The position numbers were made by a program, and so were the translations under genes. A stretch of DNA of 63,681 bases, counting the filler, from Folioceros fuciformis (lineage: Eukaryota): assembly GCA_049999805.1 (NCBI GenBank). It is 9 parts of 9 records of this genome, joined end to end, with 100 filler letters (N's around TTAATTAATTAA, not from the genome) between each part and the next. Parts side by side here need not be neighbours in the genome. Positions count along the whole stretch, not along the records: positions 1 to 12,994 come from JBNGIO010000921.1; 8 more parts are not named here. One strand, written 5' to 3'. Of the stretch, positions 1 through 11,881 are shown one piece after another; positions within the stretch are counted from its first letter, which is position 1, and every line of letters starts with the position of its first letter. The notes under the pieces are model-generated. The model was not told where the DNA came from. It saw only the letters and a list, made by a program, of their open reading frames with translations, and searched no databases.

Positions 1-572
1 CCAATTAGAGGGGTTTGACTGTAGTATCTTTCTCCAGACCTTGCCCTTTCTGTCGAGACTTCAGGACTCGAGATGAACACGGCAAAGACAGAAATTGGTA
101 CCAATGTAGTTCAGGCCAATTTTATCGTTTCGCTTGCTGGTACTCCGGTTAGCGTGGACATCTGTCGTCGACGTTGTGGTCCACCCTGCTCGGGCAAGCT
201 CGGCTTGGGGAACAGTATGCACCACTTGCACTGGAAATTGCAGTGTCATTATGCTCCTGGTACTAAGCACCTACACATGTTCTTCACTCTAATCGACGGG
301 CAGTCAAGAGCTGAACAACTGGTGAGTGGCAACAACATCCACCAGACTAGCACATGGAACAACAACGGGGTTTCAAAACAGAATGCACCGTGAAATTAAG
401 GACAACGTTTGCACGCGCGTGATTCTGCTTCCCAAGTTCAGGACGAACGTCGCTACATTGCATGCCATAGCTGGAAAGAGAGAGACCCTTGCCCTACTCA
501 GAGCTCCGGAACTGTGTCCTACACAGGAAATAGCATGCATAGAATCTGCTCGAACGTACTTCACAACAAGGA

Positions 573-1403
573 CTAAAACAAGCCCTTCAAGCTGGATGCT
601 CCCATCAGAGACTTGAGGTCAGAGGTGGACTTTGGGACGAGGGTGGCTTCCTCTTCATCCGCCTCGGCAAAGGCGGGGTGATCCAGCACGTTCTTGAGCA
701 GCTGTATGCCTCTCAAGCAGTTGGTCAGAGGGAGATGGCCTGGCGGAGTAGGATCATTCACATCCCAGCTGAATTCCATGGGGAACTTCTTGTACGAATC
801 CACTTTGTCGTTGAGCGGCTTGGTCCACCCCACCTTCTTGAAGAACCGGGTGTAGTCCTGGTCCACGCTATTCCAGATCCTGCGCTGCACGCTGTACCCG
901 AATTTGCCGTTGCTGTGTTGTCGCCACAGGCTGTCGATGGTCTTGAGGTCCAGCTCCGGAATGAACTGCACCTCGGTATAGTACACCCATTTCCGTTTCA
1001 CGGCGCTCTCCCCGGCCAGAACGATGAGCAGGCGCCGGGTCTCCCCGTCCGCTGCTTCCCACTCACCGGCCTGCAGCATGCGCTGCAGCGGCGCATACGA
1101 CACCCCCCGCGCATCCTCCTCCTCCGCCATAGCACCGTTCTGCGAGGTCTGCACCGGGGCCGAGCCCGAGAGGGCCTGCGCTGCCGTGCTCCACCGCTGC
1201 TGCTGTTGTTGCTGCTGGTACATTGGCGAAGCGGCTGCCATGCCGTCCGCCCCGCACCTCCATTGCAACTGCTGTTGTACCGGGCTCAGGTTCAGACTCA
1301 GGCTGCGAGACAAGCCCTTGCTCCCCCCGCTCCCGCTACAGTTGCCTCCTACATTCACCAAGGCGGCCGGGCTGCGGCACGCAGCTACTGCATAGCCTTG
1401 CAT
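573..1403 (-). CDS. GUN4: GUN4 tetrapyrrole-binding protein (Mg-chelatase activator), chloroplastic
   Basis: Intronless ORF from ATG 1403 (MQGYAV...). It has a transit-peptide-like N-terminus and GUN4 motifs ADGETRRLLI, DLKTIDSLWRQHSNGKFGYSVQRRIW and PPGHLPLTN. Confidence 0.95.
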   Translation of the reverse strand: MQGYAVAACRSPAALVNVGGNCSGSGGSKGLSRSLSLNLSPVQQQLQWRCGADGMAAASPMYQQQQQQQRWSTAAQALSGSAPVQTSQNGAMAEEEDARGVSYAPLQRMLQAGEWEAADGETRRLLIVLAGESAVKRKWVYYTEVQFIPELDLKTIDSLWRQHSNGKFGYSVQRRIWNSVDQDYTRFFKKVGWTKPLNDKVDSYKKFPMEFSWDVNDPTPPGHLPLTNCLRGIQLLKNVLDHPAFAEADEEEATLVPKSTSDLKSLMGASSLKGLF

Positions 1404-2444
1404 CTCACCAGCGCGCGGAAATCTCTCCTCTAGGCAGCAATCACCAGCGCCTTCAAGGTCCTCCCCGCCTCCGCAGAAGCTAGCAAACAAACAACAACCT
1501 TGTCCAACAACGCTTGCAAGAATTTCGGCCGCTCAACGCATTCACCACAGTGTCAGCAAATGCAATCTCTCGCAAACAATCCGCTGTGCTGATGAGGAAT
1601 CCAAAGGGTCCCTTTCACAATCACAAGTTGTCTGACAGACTGGATTGCGCAGCAGACCAGCGTGGACGATCGCGAGGCTGTCAGTGGAAGAAAGCCCACT
1701 GTTCACTGGCAGCGAGAGCGCGCATTCTCCATGGCTGCAGTACTCGCGACCACTGGCCGCCGACCGCCTGCTCACAGCGACCTCCAACACTGCGACCACA
1801 TAAATGTGGATGGAAGCACGCTAGGCTCAACCGCATTGGCCGGACCGGAAACCTCTCATCCACTCTCGGCCATGTCACCATCGGGGCCGCGGAAATCCGG
1901 GTCGAGACCTCGATCTCCCATTGGCCACACAGAAAGGGGATAACTAAACGATACGTAACCGGAAGGTCTTCTCAGAGAGGTGGACATGAAACACGACACG
2001 CGGGCACAGTTTGCTGGTCACCACGGGAAAAGGGATAAGAGGTTGCCTGCGTTCCGTCGTCGATAAGTATTCAAGACCTCGGATCATGTAGATAACATGA
2101 TCAACAACGGAACACGATTAGCAAGAAATACAGAAATTCTGGCAAGGGAAAATCTCAATCTGTCCACCATGGATGGACACAGGATTTGCAGTCTATGAAG
2201 TGTAGAGTCCATCCATCACTGTACAGTGCCACCGAAAAACTGAAAGCCCCTGGGAAATACAAGGAGCCCGACACAGTTTTCCAGTTGGTCCGAAACACAT
2301 ACTGCCGCTTCAAGACTACGTACAACAGTAAATAAAGAGGGCAGGACATGACTGCCTTCAAGGCCATGAGGCAATAGAGTTCGGTGGAATGATACAAGGA
2401 CCAGTTGATCCCGTCTACTGCTTTCAGTCTCCATCCCGCCCTGG

Positions 2445-3132
2445 TCAGTCTTCCTCGCTGCTAACATTTGTCCTGACATCTTCTTGGCCGATCCCAATAG
2501 TCTTCCTTACATTCTGAATGCCCTTGGGGTCTGCGAAGCCAAAAAAGGGGAACAAGAATCAGGACTGCTGACACTGCTACTGCTACTGCTACAACGCACC
2601 ATGACATTCCTAGTCCAAAACCTACTTACCGAAAAACTGTGTAAAAATGCGAGTGAAGAAGCCGAGGTTCCTGGCTATGCTCTGCCCTAGGGGTGCTGGT
2701 AACGGACTGACGAGCGTGTCCACACTGATAGCTCTCCTCAAGAACTGCAACAGCTAGAAACACACTCGTTAGCCCAACTGGAGGATTTCAAGCTTCAAAA
2801 TGAAGCCATCCAAGCGCAGCCACGAGGAGCAGCATCAGCCAAGCCCCTCCCAAACGGCATTCAATTCCAGCAGAACAAGCAAGCCTCCGGCGTTTGACTC
2901 AAACCTGGAAATTCCTCTGGAAAGCAAGTTTGAGCTCAGGATCAAAATCGAACATGGTCTCGTCGGTCTCTGTCGTGACTCTGCGCGCGCCCTTCTTGCT
3001 CGCAGGTGGGGCGTACATCACGGCTGCTTGCCCGGGCTCCTTCACAGCTTTCATGTTCAGATGCTTGTACTGGTCCTTCTTCTCCGGAGGCTTGGGCTGA
3101 CGCCATGGCGGAACCGCGCTGTTGCTCGACAT
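2445..3132 (-). CDS. Conserved small plant protein of unknown function (3 exons: 3132-2905, 2744-2630, 2530-2445)
   Basis: GT-AG splicing yields MSSNSAV...DPELKLAFQRNFQ|FLRRAISVDTLVSPLP...RNLGFFTRIFTQFF|DPKGIQNVRKTIGIGQED...*. The FQRNFQFL...FFTRIFTQFFDP pattern is recalled from conserved uncharacterised plant proteins. Confidence 0.8.
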
Positions 3133-3343
3133 GGTGCCCTCGTCACCTACACCCAGGAAAACTCGTCGCACCTTTTCCTTATGGCCAGCTATCAAAGATT
3201 CTTCCGCTGCTGGACCTCTGTTGGTGGTAGGTTTGCTTTTTGGAAAACGGTTGACGTTACTTCCTTTTTACGTATACATATATACTAGTTTCAGTAGGCC
3301 TCACAGAGATTTTATCTTCTGCGGGCTCCAGGACGCATCAGGC

Positions 3344-4869
3344 ATGGGGCATCTCTACGCATTGGATTTCGATGGAGTGCTCTGTGACAGCTGCGAGGAA
3401 TCGGCCATGTCCGCCCTTAAGGTGTCCCCCAAGCCCAGTATTACATGGCATTGCTTGGCTTTCCTCCAGCTCACACTCAAATTTGGGTTTTCCAATGCGA
3501 ATTCCTTGTTGCGGAATATTTGCAGGCAGCAAAAGTAAGGTGGCCAGAGATCTTCAAAGATGTTGACGAGGAGCTGGAGGCATGGCTGTTGGATGACATG
3601 CGAACTGTAAGTTGTGGATTATGGAGATCTCTCTGTGTGGCGATCCAGTGTGTGGTGGGTTGCTCATGTGTGCTTGCCCACATGTTCAGGTGCGGCCTGT
3701 GGTGGAGACTGGGTATGAAAACCTCTTGCTTGTGAGGTTGTTGTTGGAGTTGCGACGTCCACAGATTCGGAGCTCGAAAGTAATGCGTGCATCCAGATCG
3801 ACTGCCTGTCTTCCCTTCAGTCGAAGTTGTTTTCGGTTGTCTCCACCAGTGCTTCTCATTTGGGTTATGGGGAAGGTGGCAGAAGGGCTCAGAGTGGAAG
3901 ATATCTTGGAGAAATGGGAGATTTTGAGACCGTCCATCATGGAGGACTGGAACGAGAAGAATGTGAAGGAGCTGGTGGAACTGTTTGGCAGTGTCAGAGA
4001 CCAGTGGATAGAGGATGACTTACACGGGTGGATTGGTACTAACAGGTGACCCATCTTGCTCTTCAAATCACAGTTTGCACATGGCGCGGCCTTTTTCAGA
4101 AGGTGATGTAATGCCGTGTAAGCCCGTCAGGTTCTATCCTGGTGTTGCAGACTCCCTGAAGTTCTCAACGTCTGAGCTGTACATTGTCACGACCAAGCAG
4201 GTTGCTGCCCTCTTTCCTTCCTAGGAGCTGCCTTGCTCCATGACTGCCTGCTAAACAGGTCGATGCCCCATGTCCAGACTCGCTTTGCTGCTGCTTTGCT
4301 TAAAGAATTGGCTGCCGTGGAGTTTCCAACTGAAAGGATTTACGGACTGGGATCCGGGTAACCAACTTTACCCTGCGTCTCTTGTTAGTCTTTCTCGCCC
4401 TTTCTGTTTCAAATTGTGCTCATGAGATGGTTCGTCTTGTGCTCTCAGACCTAAGGTTGAGGTTTTGAAGCAGCTCCAAAGTCAACCTGAACATCAAGGA
4501 TTGACACTGCAGTGAGTGGTTCTGTTGTTTCCCAAATTTGCCTCTGTGGCGGTTCCTGTCACTGTGTTCCATGGCTGACGAACTGTATTAGGGGATTGTC
4601 TGTACGATGATAAAGCAGTTTTGTGGAGGACCGACTTGCAACTTTGCGCAACGTTATCAAGGAACGTGATCTAGACAAGTGGAATCTGTATTTAGGTAGA
4701 GAGCTATACTCCCGCCCCACGTTTGAAGTTATACTTGTGCCTAAACTGACAGTTTCATTTTCTTCTAGGAACTTGGGGTTACAATACAGAGAGCGAGAGA
4801 AAGGCAGCGGGGGATATTCCCAGAATTCACCTCATCGACCTCCCTACGTTTTGTACAAAGCTGAAGTGA
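3344..4869 (+). CDS. HAD-superfamily hydrolase-like protein (At2g45990-like), multi-exon
   Basis: Exons carry MGHLYALDFDGVLCDSC (HAD motif I), VRPVVETGYENLLLVRLLLE, FYPGVADSLKF, IVTTKQ, FVEDRLATL and WGYNT, separated by GT-AG introns. Stop at 4867-4869. Confidence 0.9.
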
Positions 4870-5438
4870 AGGTCCGATTGATTTTTGGAACAATGATGTC
4901 GGAACTGTGCCAAAAATTACTGGATCTGGCTTCAGAGTGTGAACGTCTCCTTCATCGACGACGGACGTGTGAAAAAGACATCATGCATCTCTAAGCCGTA
5001 AGGTCCCACAGTGCTACCTCTGTAAGCCTGAAGGGCCCACAATGCTACCTTTAAGCGTTGGATATGCGGCCTTTAGCAGGTCGGCCGAGCCAACCACCGA
5101 GGTTTACTGTATACTGGCACAGGATTTCCCTTGCCCGCTTCAATCACAATGGGACTTGTTTTGCAATGTCTGCCAGCTCTGAACCCTTCATATCAAATTT
5201 CTGTCGTCAATCGAATTGATGGAACAACATAGAGCCTTGGAATTCAAAGCTTTATGGCCAGTAAGAAATGCTAGCGTAAAATCTGAAGTACCATGAGAAC
5301 CATCAAGCTGTCTGTTGGAAACACAATTGCTAACATCCAACGAAAGCTGCTCGTTCATGTGTCTCATCTCTCCCGAAGACCGCAACAACAACAGATGATC
5401 CAGGAAGCGAACCTAATGGCCCTGGTCAGTCCTGGGGT

Positions 5439-5996
5439 TCAATCCTCCAGTAGCTGCTGCAGCTCAGCTTTCAGCTGCTCCATTTTAAGCCCCATGGATC
5501 TCTGAATCACTCCCTTGTCTGCTTCAGGCAACCTCGCTAGCAAAGCCTGATACTTATCCAGAACTTCCTTCACACTAGCTTTGGCAGCCTCCATCTCAGT
5601 GTTGAAATAAACGGTCTCCTTGGACTCCAGAGCCATCTCTATGTCATCTCTGGCTTCCGCAAACTTGGAATTGATGTCATCAACTTCTTCTCGGTAATCC
5701 TCCTTGCTCGCCTCTGCCGCATACTGCCTAGCAAAGAACTGTTTGCCGGAACCAGATATCCCGCTCTCAACCAAAGACGCGCGACACAAAGCAGCGGAAT
5801 CGAAAGATTGGCCGCAGCCGGAAGCCGGTTCTGCACGAGCGAGTAATGCAGCCAAACCTGAGAGTCTCCGAATAAAGTTGTGGATGCGTTCCGATGAGAA
5901 TGTCAGACCCAGTTCTCCAACTTCGGCGCCATTGGAGCAGATAGAGGGAGACGAGAAGGAAGCAAGCCGCCTGATGCCACTCCGGCATCTCAACAT
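5439..5996 (-). CDS. Embryogenesis-like (EML / LEA-related) protein, probably mitochondrial
   Basis: Intronless ORF from ATG 5996 with an R/S-rich presequence and a conserved C-terminus EVDDINSKFAEARDDIEMALESKETVYFN...QRSMGLKMEQLKAEL. Confidence 0.8.
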   Translation of the reverse strand: MLRCRSGIRRLASFSSPSICSNGAEVGELGLTFSSERIHNFIRRLSGLAALLARAEPASGCGQSFDSAALCRASLVESGISGSGKQFFARQYAAEASKEDYREEVDDINSKFAEARDDIEMALESKETVYFNTEMEAAKASVKEVLDKYQALLARLPEADKGVIQRSMGLKMEQLKAELQQLLED

Positions 5997-6163
5997 TGTC
6001 GCGTTTTGCGAATCCCCTACTCCAGATTGCCCTTCAGCCCTAAGGGAAAGGCCGTGTGAAAGGGTTTGCACTGTACGTGCTTTCTTGCTTGGGGCAGAAG
6101 GAATCCAGAGGGCGGATAACCAAGTCACCACTTGTCGTTGGGAGCAACGAACGTCCGACGGCA

Positions 6164-7059
6164 ATGAGACCCTTGACAGTCCTCCTCCTTATGACCATCG
6201 CGTTATGTTCTGGGATGGCTTTCTCCGGTCCATCTCCAGCTATGACCACGGTGAGTACGTGGCGCCTGGAAGCAGCAGTTGGGTATCTTGATGCTGGTTG
6301 GGATGAGGCAGAAGAGTGCTGTCGTAGGTGCTGGATTTTTGTGTGCGTTGTCTCCCTCTTTGGCTCTTGCATATGTTGTGAGCGTTGTGTTCCATAGATC
6401 ATGTCAATCGTTCGAGTTGCCGACCCTCACTGTCTGTGTCATCAGAACGAAGTGCCCTCTCCGTCTGACAAGAAGGTCTACATAGTGCACCTTGAAAGGC
6501 CCAGCGCGGACCTGCCAGCTGACGTCCACGCCAAGCATGTCGAAATTCTGTCATCTGTGGTTGGCAGGTGCTGTGATTTCAGCTGTTTTGGTTGCTTCCT
6601 AAGTTGCCTTTCCTCGACTTCTCGTGTCCCATCTGCTAGCGCTTTTTATAGTTTGCAGCTTCGATACGGGCACCATGGTACAAGGATATATCTGTCCCAC
6701 ACGTGACTTGTCTTCGTTCCATCGCAATTACTAGGCTGCGGATCTTCAGCCATCAAGTGCATCAACAGAGCTGGTGTAGCCGGTCAGGGAACTAATCTTG
6801 CTGTAAATCCACTTCTGTGCAGTGAGGAGGCTGCTAAGAGCGCAATTCTGTACAGTTACAGGCACAGTGTTTATGGATTCTCGGCGAAGTTGAGCCCTGA
6901 TGAGGTTGCGAGTCTCAGTGGTACGCGCCGTTACCGATAGTGGATTCTTTCACAGTCGTGAATGAAGTTGTGCTGATCATCTTTGGGATTTGTGGAACAG
7001 GAAAGCCAGGAGTGCTTGCAGTTGTCCCCAGCGGAATTTCACAGCTCCATGGGAAATAG
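6164..7059 (+). CDS. Stand-alone subtilisin propeptide-like inhibitor (Inhibitor_I9), secreted; 4 exons
   Basis: Signal peptide MRPLTVLLLMTIALCSG, then KVYIVHL...HVEILSSVVG|SEEAAKSAILYSYRHSVYGFSAKLSPDEV...|GKPGVLAVVPSGISQLHGK*. No protease domain follows (SPI-1-like). Confidence 0.85.
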
Positions 7060-7218
7060 TTGTTTGGACGCATCAGGGGTGCAGCACTAAGGGCACCGCA
7101 GTGAGATTGGTGTGCTGTTTCATGTGTTTCTCCGTAGCCTGGTAATAGTCGAGCTCCCAGGAGACTATCATCAGGATTGAATAAATTTGTCCGGATTTGA
7201 AAGTTTTCTGCTTGAGCA

Positions 7219-10200
7219 ATGTGTTCTCGGTTTTGCGGTGTTCGGATGGCCAGCCCGCATGTGCCGTCTTGCACATCATCCAGCTACCACGGAGGCGGAC
7301 ACCGTTTTCTTCGCTTTGTGTTTACTCGTGCCAAGCTAGGGTCGAGAGAAGACAACGTTCAAGCAAATGCTCGAAATGTTGGGGTGTGTTTTGCGATCCC
7401 AGGAAACCTGGGTCCGATTAAAGGAAGCAAGGCTAGTGCCCAGGATTCCGGGCCTAGTCCGTTGTTCATTCAGTACTTGGAGCCTACTCCACGGGACTGT
7501 GCAGAAGGAAAGAGGTCGGAGACCGTCAGGACGGAGCACGTCGCGTTGCCCAGATGCATCCAGTACGAAGGTGAAGAAAGAGATGCTGTAGATTATAGCG
7601 ATGTGCCGCTTAGCCAACTTGACGACATTGAGGATGACTTTCTCATGGAAGACGAGGAGCGGCCTTCTGAATCTGTCAGCGGTCATGAAGGTGGTTCAGG
7701 CTTTCATGGTCTGGAACAGGAGAAGATACCTGCCCAAGAAGTGGTTTTCAAGTATACGCAGTCATTGCGAGGTCTGGATGAAGGCTTGTCAGAAGACGGA
7801 CTAGAGGACTTTTCCTCTCTCGAAAATAAGATTGAGCTTGAGATAGGTAATGCCGTTGACCTCGAGGTTGATTTCCTGGAGGAGCTGTTTCCAAATAGCC
7901 GAGGTCTGCTAACTGGACGTAAAGTTTTCTCTGTGGGCAGACAAAGTTTTCAGTCGCTGCATGAGACGAACCGGATTTGCGATGAACAGATACCAGAGGA
8001 GGGTGAACTTGAAAATGCTTTTATGCTTGAGAACGTTGGTTCTGATCTGGAGAACGAGGCATCTGATTGGGAAGATGAGACTTCCGATTTGAAGGATGAA
8101 ATGTTTGATGAGTTATCACCGGTTGACAAGGGTGATACTCCTTTACATGAGGTGGACGAGATTGTCCGTCTGCCTCTTGCGTTGGGTGATTACGGTGTGA
8201 CAGAGCCTAGGATTGCAAACCAGCAGTTCGCTGACTTGTCAAAAAATGAGTCGTGGAGTCTTACACATGACCTGGACATGCCAAGAGAGGTGGGTCGTGG
8301 CAGTTCAGAGAAGTGTAAAATGGATAATCTTGATGGCCAGCAGCATGTATCACGTAAAGACAGTGGGTGTGCCGTCCCACGGGAAGGACCTCCACTTTCC
8401 GTTAGTGAGCGCCTTCGCTTGCTAAGCGTTAAGCCTACTGCTCCTGCTGCATCATCTGTTGTTGAGAAGCTGATACAAGAGCTGTTAAGTGTTGGGAAGG
8501 ATATAACGAACAGTGTGTATGACGTGATGGAATCCTATTCGGGGAAGCTGAGCACCCTGGATGCAAACAGTGTCATTGAAAGGCTGGCGGATGTGAGGCA
8601 TTTTCGTCAGGCGTTTGCTGTGTTTGAGTGGATGAGATCCCAAGATCCTATTCTTGTAAACTCAAGGAGCTATTCGCTTATTCTGCCCCTCCTAGGTACC
8701 GCAGGCATGATGAAGCAGGCCATGCTCATATTTCAGAACATGAAGGCTGATTTTCGAAGCATACAGACTTATAACTCCTATATTGGACTGTTGTTGAGCT
8801 GTGGAAGGTGAGAATGAGGGCCACTTTCATTAGATGAGATGAGCCTGAACAACTTGTTGCTTTATGATCTCATAGCTAACCCTGAGTCTTCCCTTGAACA
8901 GGGAAGACGACCTACAACCTGTGCTCACAGACATGGAGAGCAGGGGCATCAAAAAAGACGCGGTGACATTTAGTCTCTTCATCAATTATGCTGTGAAGAA
9001 AAAAAGAGGCCTGAAAGAAGTGTTGAGGATTTATAAGACAATGACACAGAATCAAGTTACACCAAACACGGCAGTGTTTGGCTCTGTTGTGAAAGCTTTC
9101 TGTGATGAGGGACATTTGGATGATGCTCTCGTCTTCGTGAATGAGATGGAAACATCAGGGATGCCGCCAAATATCATTGTCTACAATACTCTCATTGACG
9201 CCTTTGGGAAGGCCAGGATGCTAGATGTGGCAGAGTGGTTACTGTCAGAGGTGAAGAGGCGAGGGCTTCGGCCGCATGTGTCTACATACAATGCTCTCAT
9301 GAATGTGTATGGAAGGCAGGGACGTTTTGAAGTAGCGGAGGGTCTGTTTACTGAAATGCAGGATGCAGGCCTGAAGCCAGATGTAGTTTCGTATACCACG
9401 TTGATAAATGCTTATGCTAAAAGAAAGATGAGTGAAAAGGCTGCCAACGTGTTTGCCAAAATGCGGAAGGCTGGAATTTTCCCAAATGTCAATGCGTACA
9501 CGGCTTTAATCCACGCTTACTCTGAGGACGGATGGCATACAAAAGGTGCTATGGCCTTTGAAAACATGCAAAGGGAGGGGATTTCCCCAACTGTCCAGAC
9601 TTATACCGCTTTACTGGAAGGCTACAGGGTCGCCGGGGACATTCAACAAGTAATAAGGATTTGGAGGGAGATGAAAGCTGATGGATGCAAAGGCACAAGG
9701 ATCACTTTCAACACTCTGGTAGATGCTTTTGCAAAGCAGGGCCGCTACCAGGAGGCTAGAGATGTGGTGTCTGAGTATGCAGCTCTTGGTTACAGGCCTG
9801 ATAATATGACATACAACATGCTCATCAATGCCTATGGCAGAGGTGGAAACCATGAAAAGATTCCCGACCTCGTCAAGGAAATGCTGAAACTGGGCTTGAA
9901 ACCTGATTCTTTCACCTTTTGTACCATAGTCTATGCTTTCCTACGCGTGCGCGACTTTAAGAGTGCCTTCAGATGGTTTGATAAAATGCTACAGCGTAAG
10001 CAGAAGCCAGACCCCGAAACCTACAGGAAGCTGGCAGATCTTGTGAAGCAAAAGCGGCAGATTCAGCAAGAGAATGATAGAAAGGCTGTTCTAGGTCAGA
10101 TAGCTGCAAAAGAGTTGCTCTTGAGCGGGAAAGCTGCCCCAAAGCCAGGTGGTAAGAAAGAGTTCTGGAAAACGAAGAAGCCCCACAAAACTAGTCGACT

Positions 10201-10237
10201 TAAGCTCAAGAGCAAGCCGAAGCAGGCTGCAAAATGA
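7219..10237 (+). CDS. EMB1006: P-class pentatricopeptide repeat protein, EMB1006-like, chloroplastic (intron 8808-8901)
   Basis: About 11-12 tandem 35-aa PPR motifs (e.g. PNIIVYNTLIDAFGK, PDVVSYTTLINAYAK). The C-terminal DRKAVLG...KKEFWK tail is recalled from EMB1006. A GT-AG intron joins ORFs 7219-8811 and 8894-10237 in frame. Confidence 0.85.
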
Positions 10238-10937
10238 CTGGGCATGGGAATGCACGTGTCTGCTTTGAGGACGGTGCTTCTTATGTTTTGCAGGAACTTG
10301 TGTTTCTGAGATCCAGAATGTTAGTGGGTGCACGTGTTAGGAGGGGTAGGCATGGTGGTCCAACTGCGGAATGCAGTGTGCTGTAGCTGTTTTGTGATCC
10401 TTTCTCTGACTCTATGCTGCTTGTGTTCGTCAAGGGAGCCCATTCCAGTCTATGGTTTCTGCTACCTCCTTAGGTGGTGCTCAGGTCAAGCTCGAAATTC
10501 CTACGTCATTATTTATCTTATGAGGCTTGAAACGTCGTGGCGCCACTGAACAATCCCTCGTACTGGCCCACCCTCACGTTTTAAACAAGCAGCAAAGAAA
10601 AACAAAGCAAAAGCCCTACAAAGAGACGGGGTCAACTATGGCTAGCTACTGGGTGGGCTGTTATGGCTGATGTTGCAAAGAAACCCTTAGCTGTTTGGTT
10701 GAGGACAAAAGAATATCTTCAGATTGTTTGTAAGCATGTGCATCCACAGGGCTGCCCAGATGGGCCTATATTACAACAGGAAGAACCTGTAATTGGAGAA
10801 CGCAATTGAGCTTCTTGAGATGGAAGTCCATGCAGACAAAGAAGACCAAATGCATCCCAGCTGACTTGCCAAAATGGCAAGTTGGAGGGGCATCTCCCGA
10901 AGATCTGTGGTCTATCAAGTCAGCGCAAAATTCAGCT

Positions 10938-11734
10938 CTAAGGTCCTCCATGAAACGTGCATGATCCAACTTTGATATCGAAGGTCTTTGGCCTGTGAGG
11001 CTCCGGTGGAGGAATCTTGGGCACAATCACTGTGAGGAGACCGTCTTGGCAAGCTGCGGAAATTCCTTCCAGATTTGCATTGCTGGGAAGGTTAAACTTT
11101 CGCATGAACTTGCCTGCTGCTCGTTCTACTCTTACGTACTTAATTTCCGTATCAGTTAGAAATTCATCACGTTTCCGCTCTCCACTAATCTTGAGTGTAC
11201 TGTCATTCTCAATTTGCACCTGCAGGGAACTTGGCACACGGCATTAGTGGATGCTTTATAGACAGAGCGGGTTGAAATGGGACTTTGTGTGCAACGAAGA
11301 CTGTTAGTAGACATCCCCGGACATGGACTGGATCTCTCTTTCTGGACTGGACAACCCTTTTCCCACCTCGCGCTTACGTTCCCCGTATATTTTAAGCATA
11401 GAATCGTTCTCTATGCTGACCTGCAGAAACTAGTCCGCTTGTCAGAATCGTAATGGTTCAAGCCCGGCGAACCAATGAGGGAGGTGGACCTTGTTGGTGA
11501 AGATGGACGAGGGTGTTTCCGATGGATCAGACCCGAAAGGTCGCTGGATGGCTCCGGGAAGTTAGATATGAAATCCCGGACAAGGAAGGACCACTACAAG
11601 GGGGTGGTAGAAGAGGATGACGATTTGTGGAACTTTTTCTGCACCTTGATATCGGTGTACTTGAGGCCAGGCATGTCGGCAACAAAAATATAAGAGTTTG
11701 GCAGCTCTTTCACGTCCACTGCAGTAGTAGCCAT
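10938..11734 (-). CDS. Cytosolic small heat-shock protein (HSP20/alpha-crystallin, class II/III-like); exons 11734-11645 and 11219-10938
   Basis: [47 protein letters not shown]...[16 protein letters not shown]...[10 protein letters not shown]...FDIKV, which is a canonical alpha-crystallin domain. Confidence 0.9.
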
Positions 11735-11881
11735 GTTTCAAGAAGAAAGGTATCTGTGTCCTGTATATACAGATTTCCATTTCCATCAGTGCTCACTTTC
11801 CTCGATTCATTGTCTTGCATCATGCAGATGCAGCAGCAATGGAGAATGGTGAGCAGCAGATAAGAACCTACAAGAGTCGAA

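Noticed and set aside
678-1433. 251-aa plus-strand ORF antisense to GUN4 (and similar antisense ORFs over GT61, EML-like and HSD genes)
   Set aside because: Shadow ORFs produced by GC-rich codon usage on the real coding strand; no motifs.
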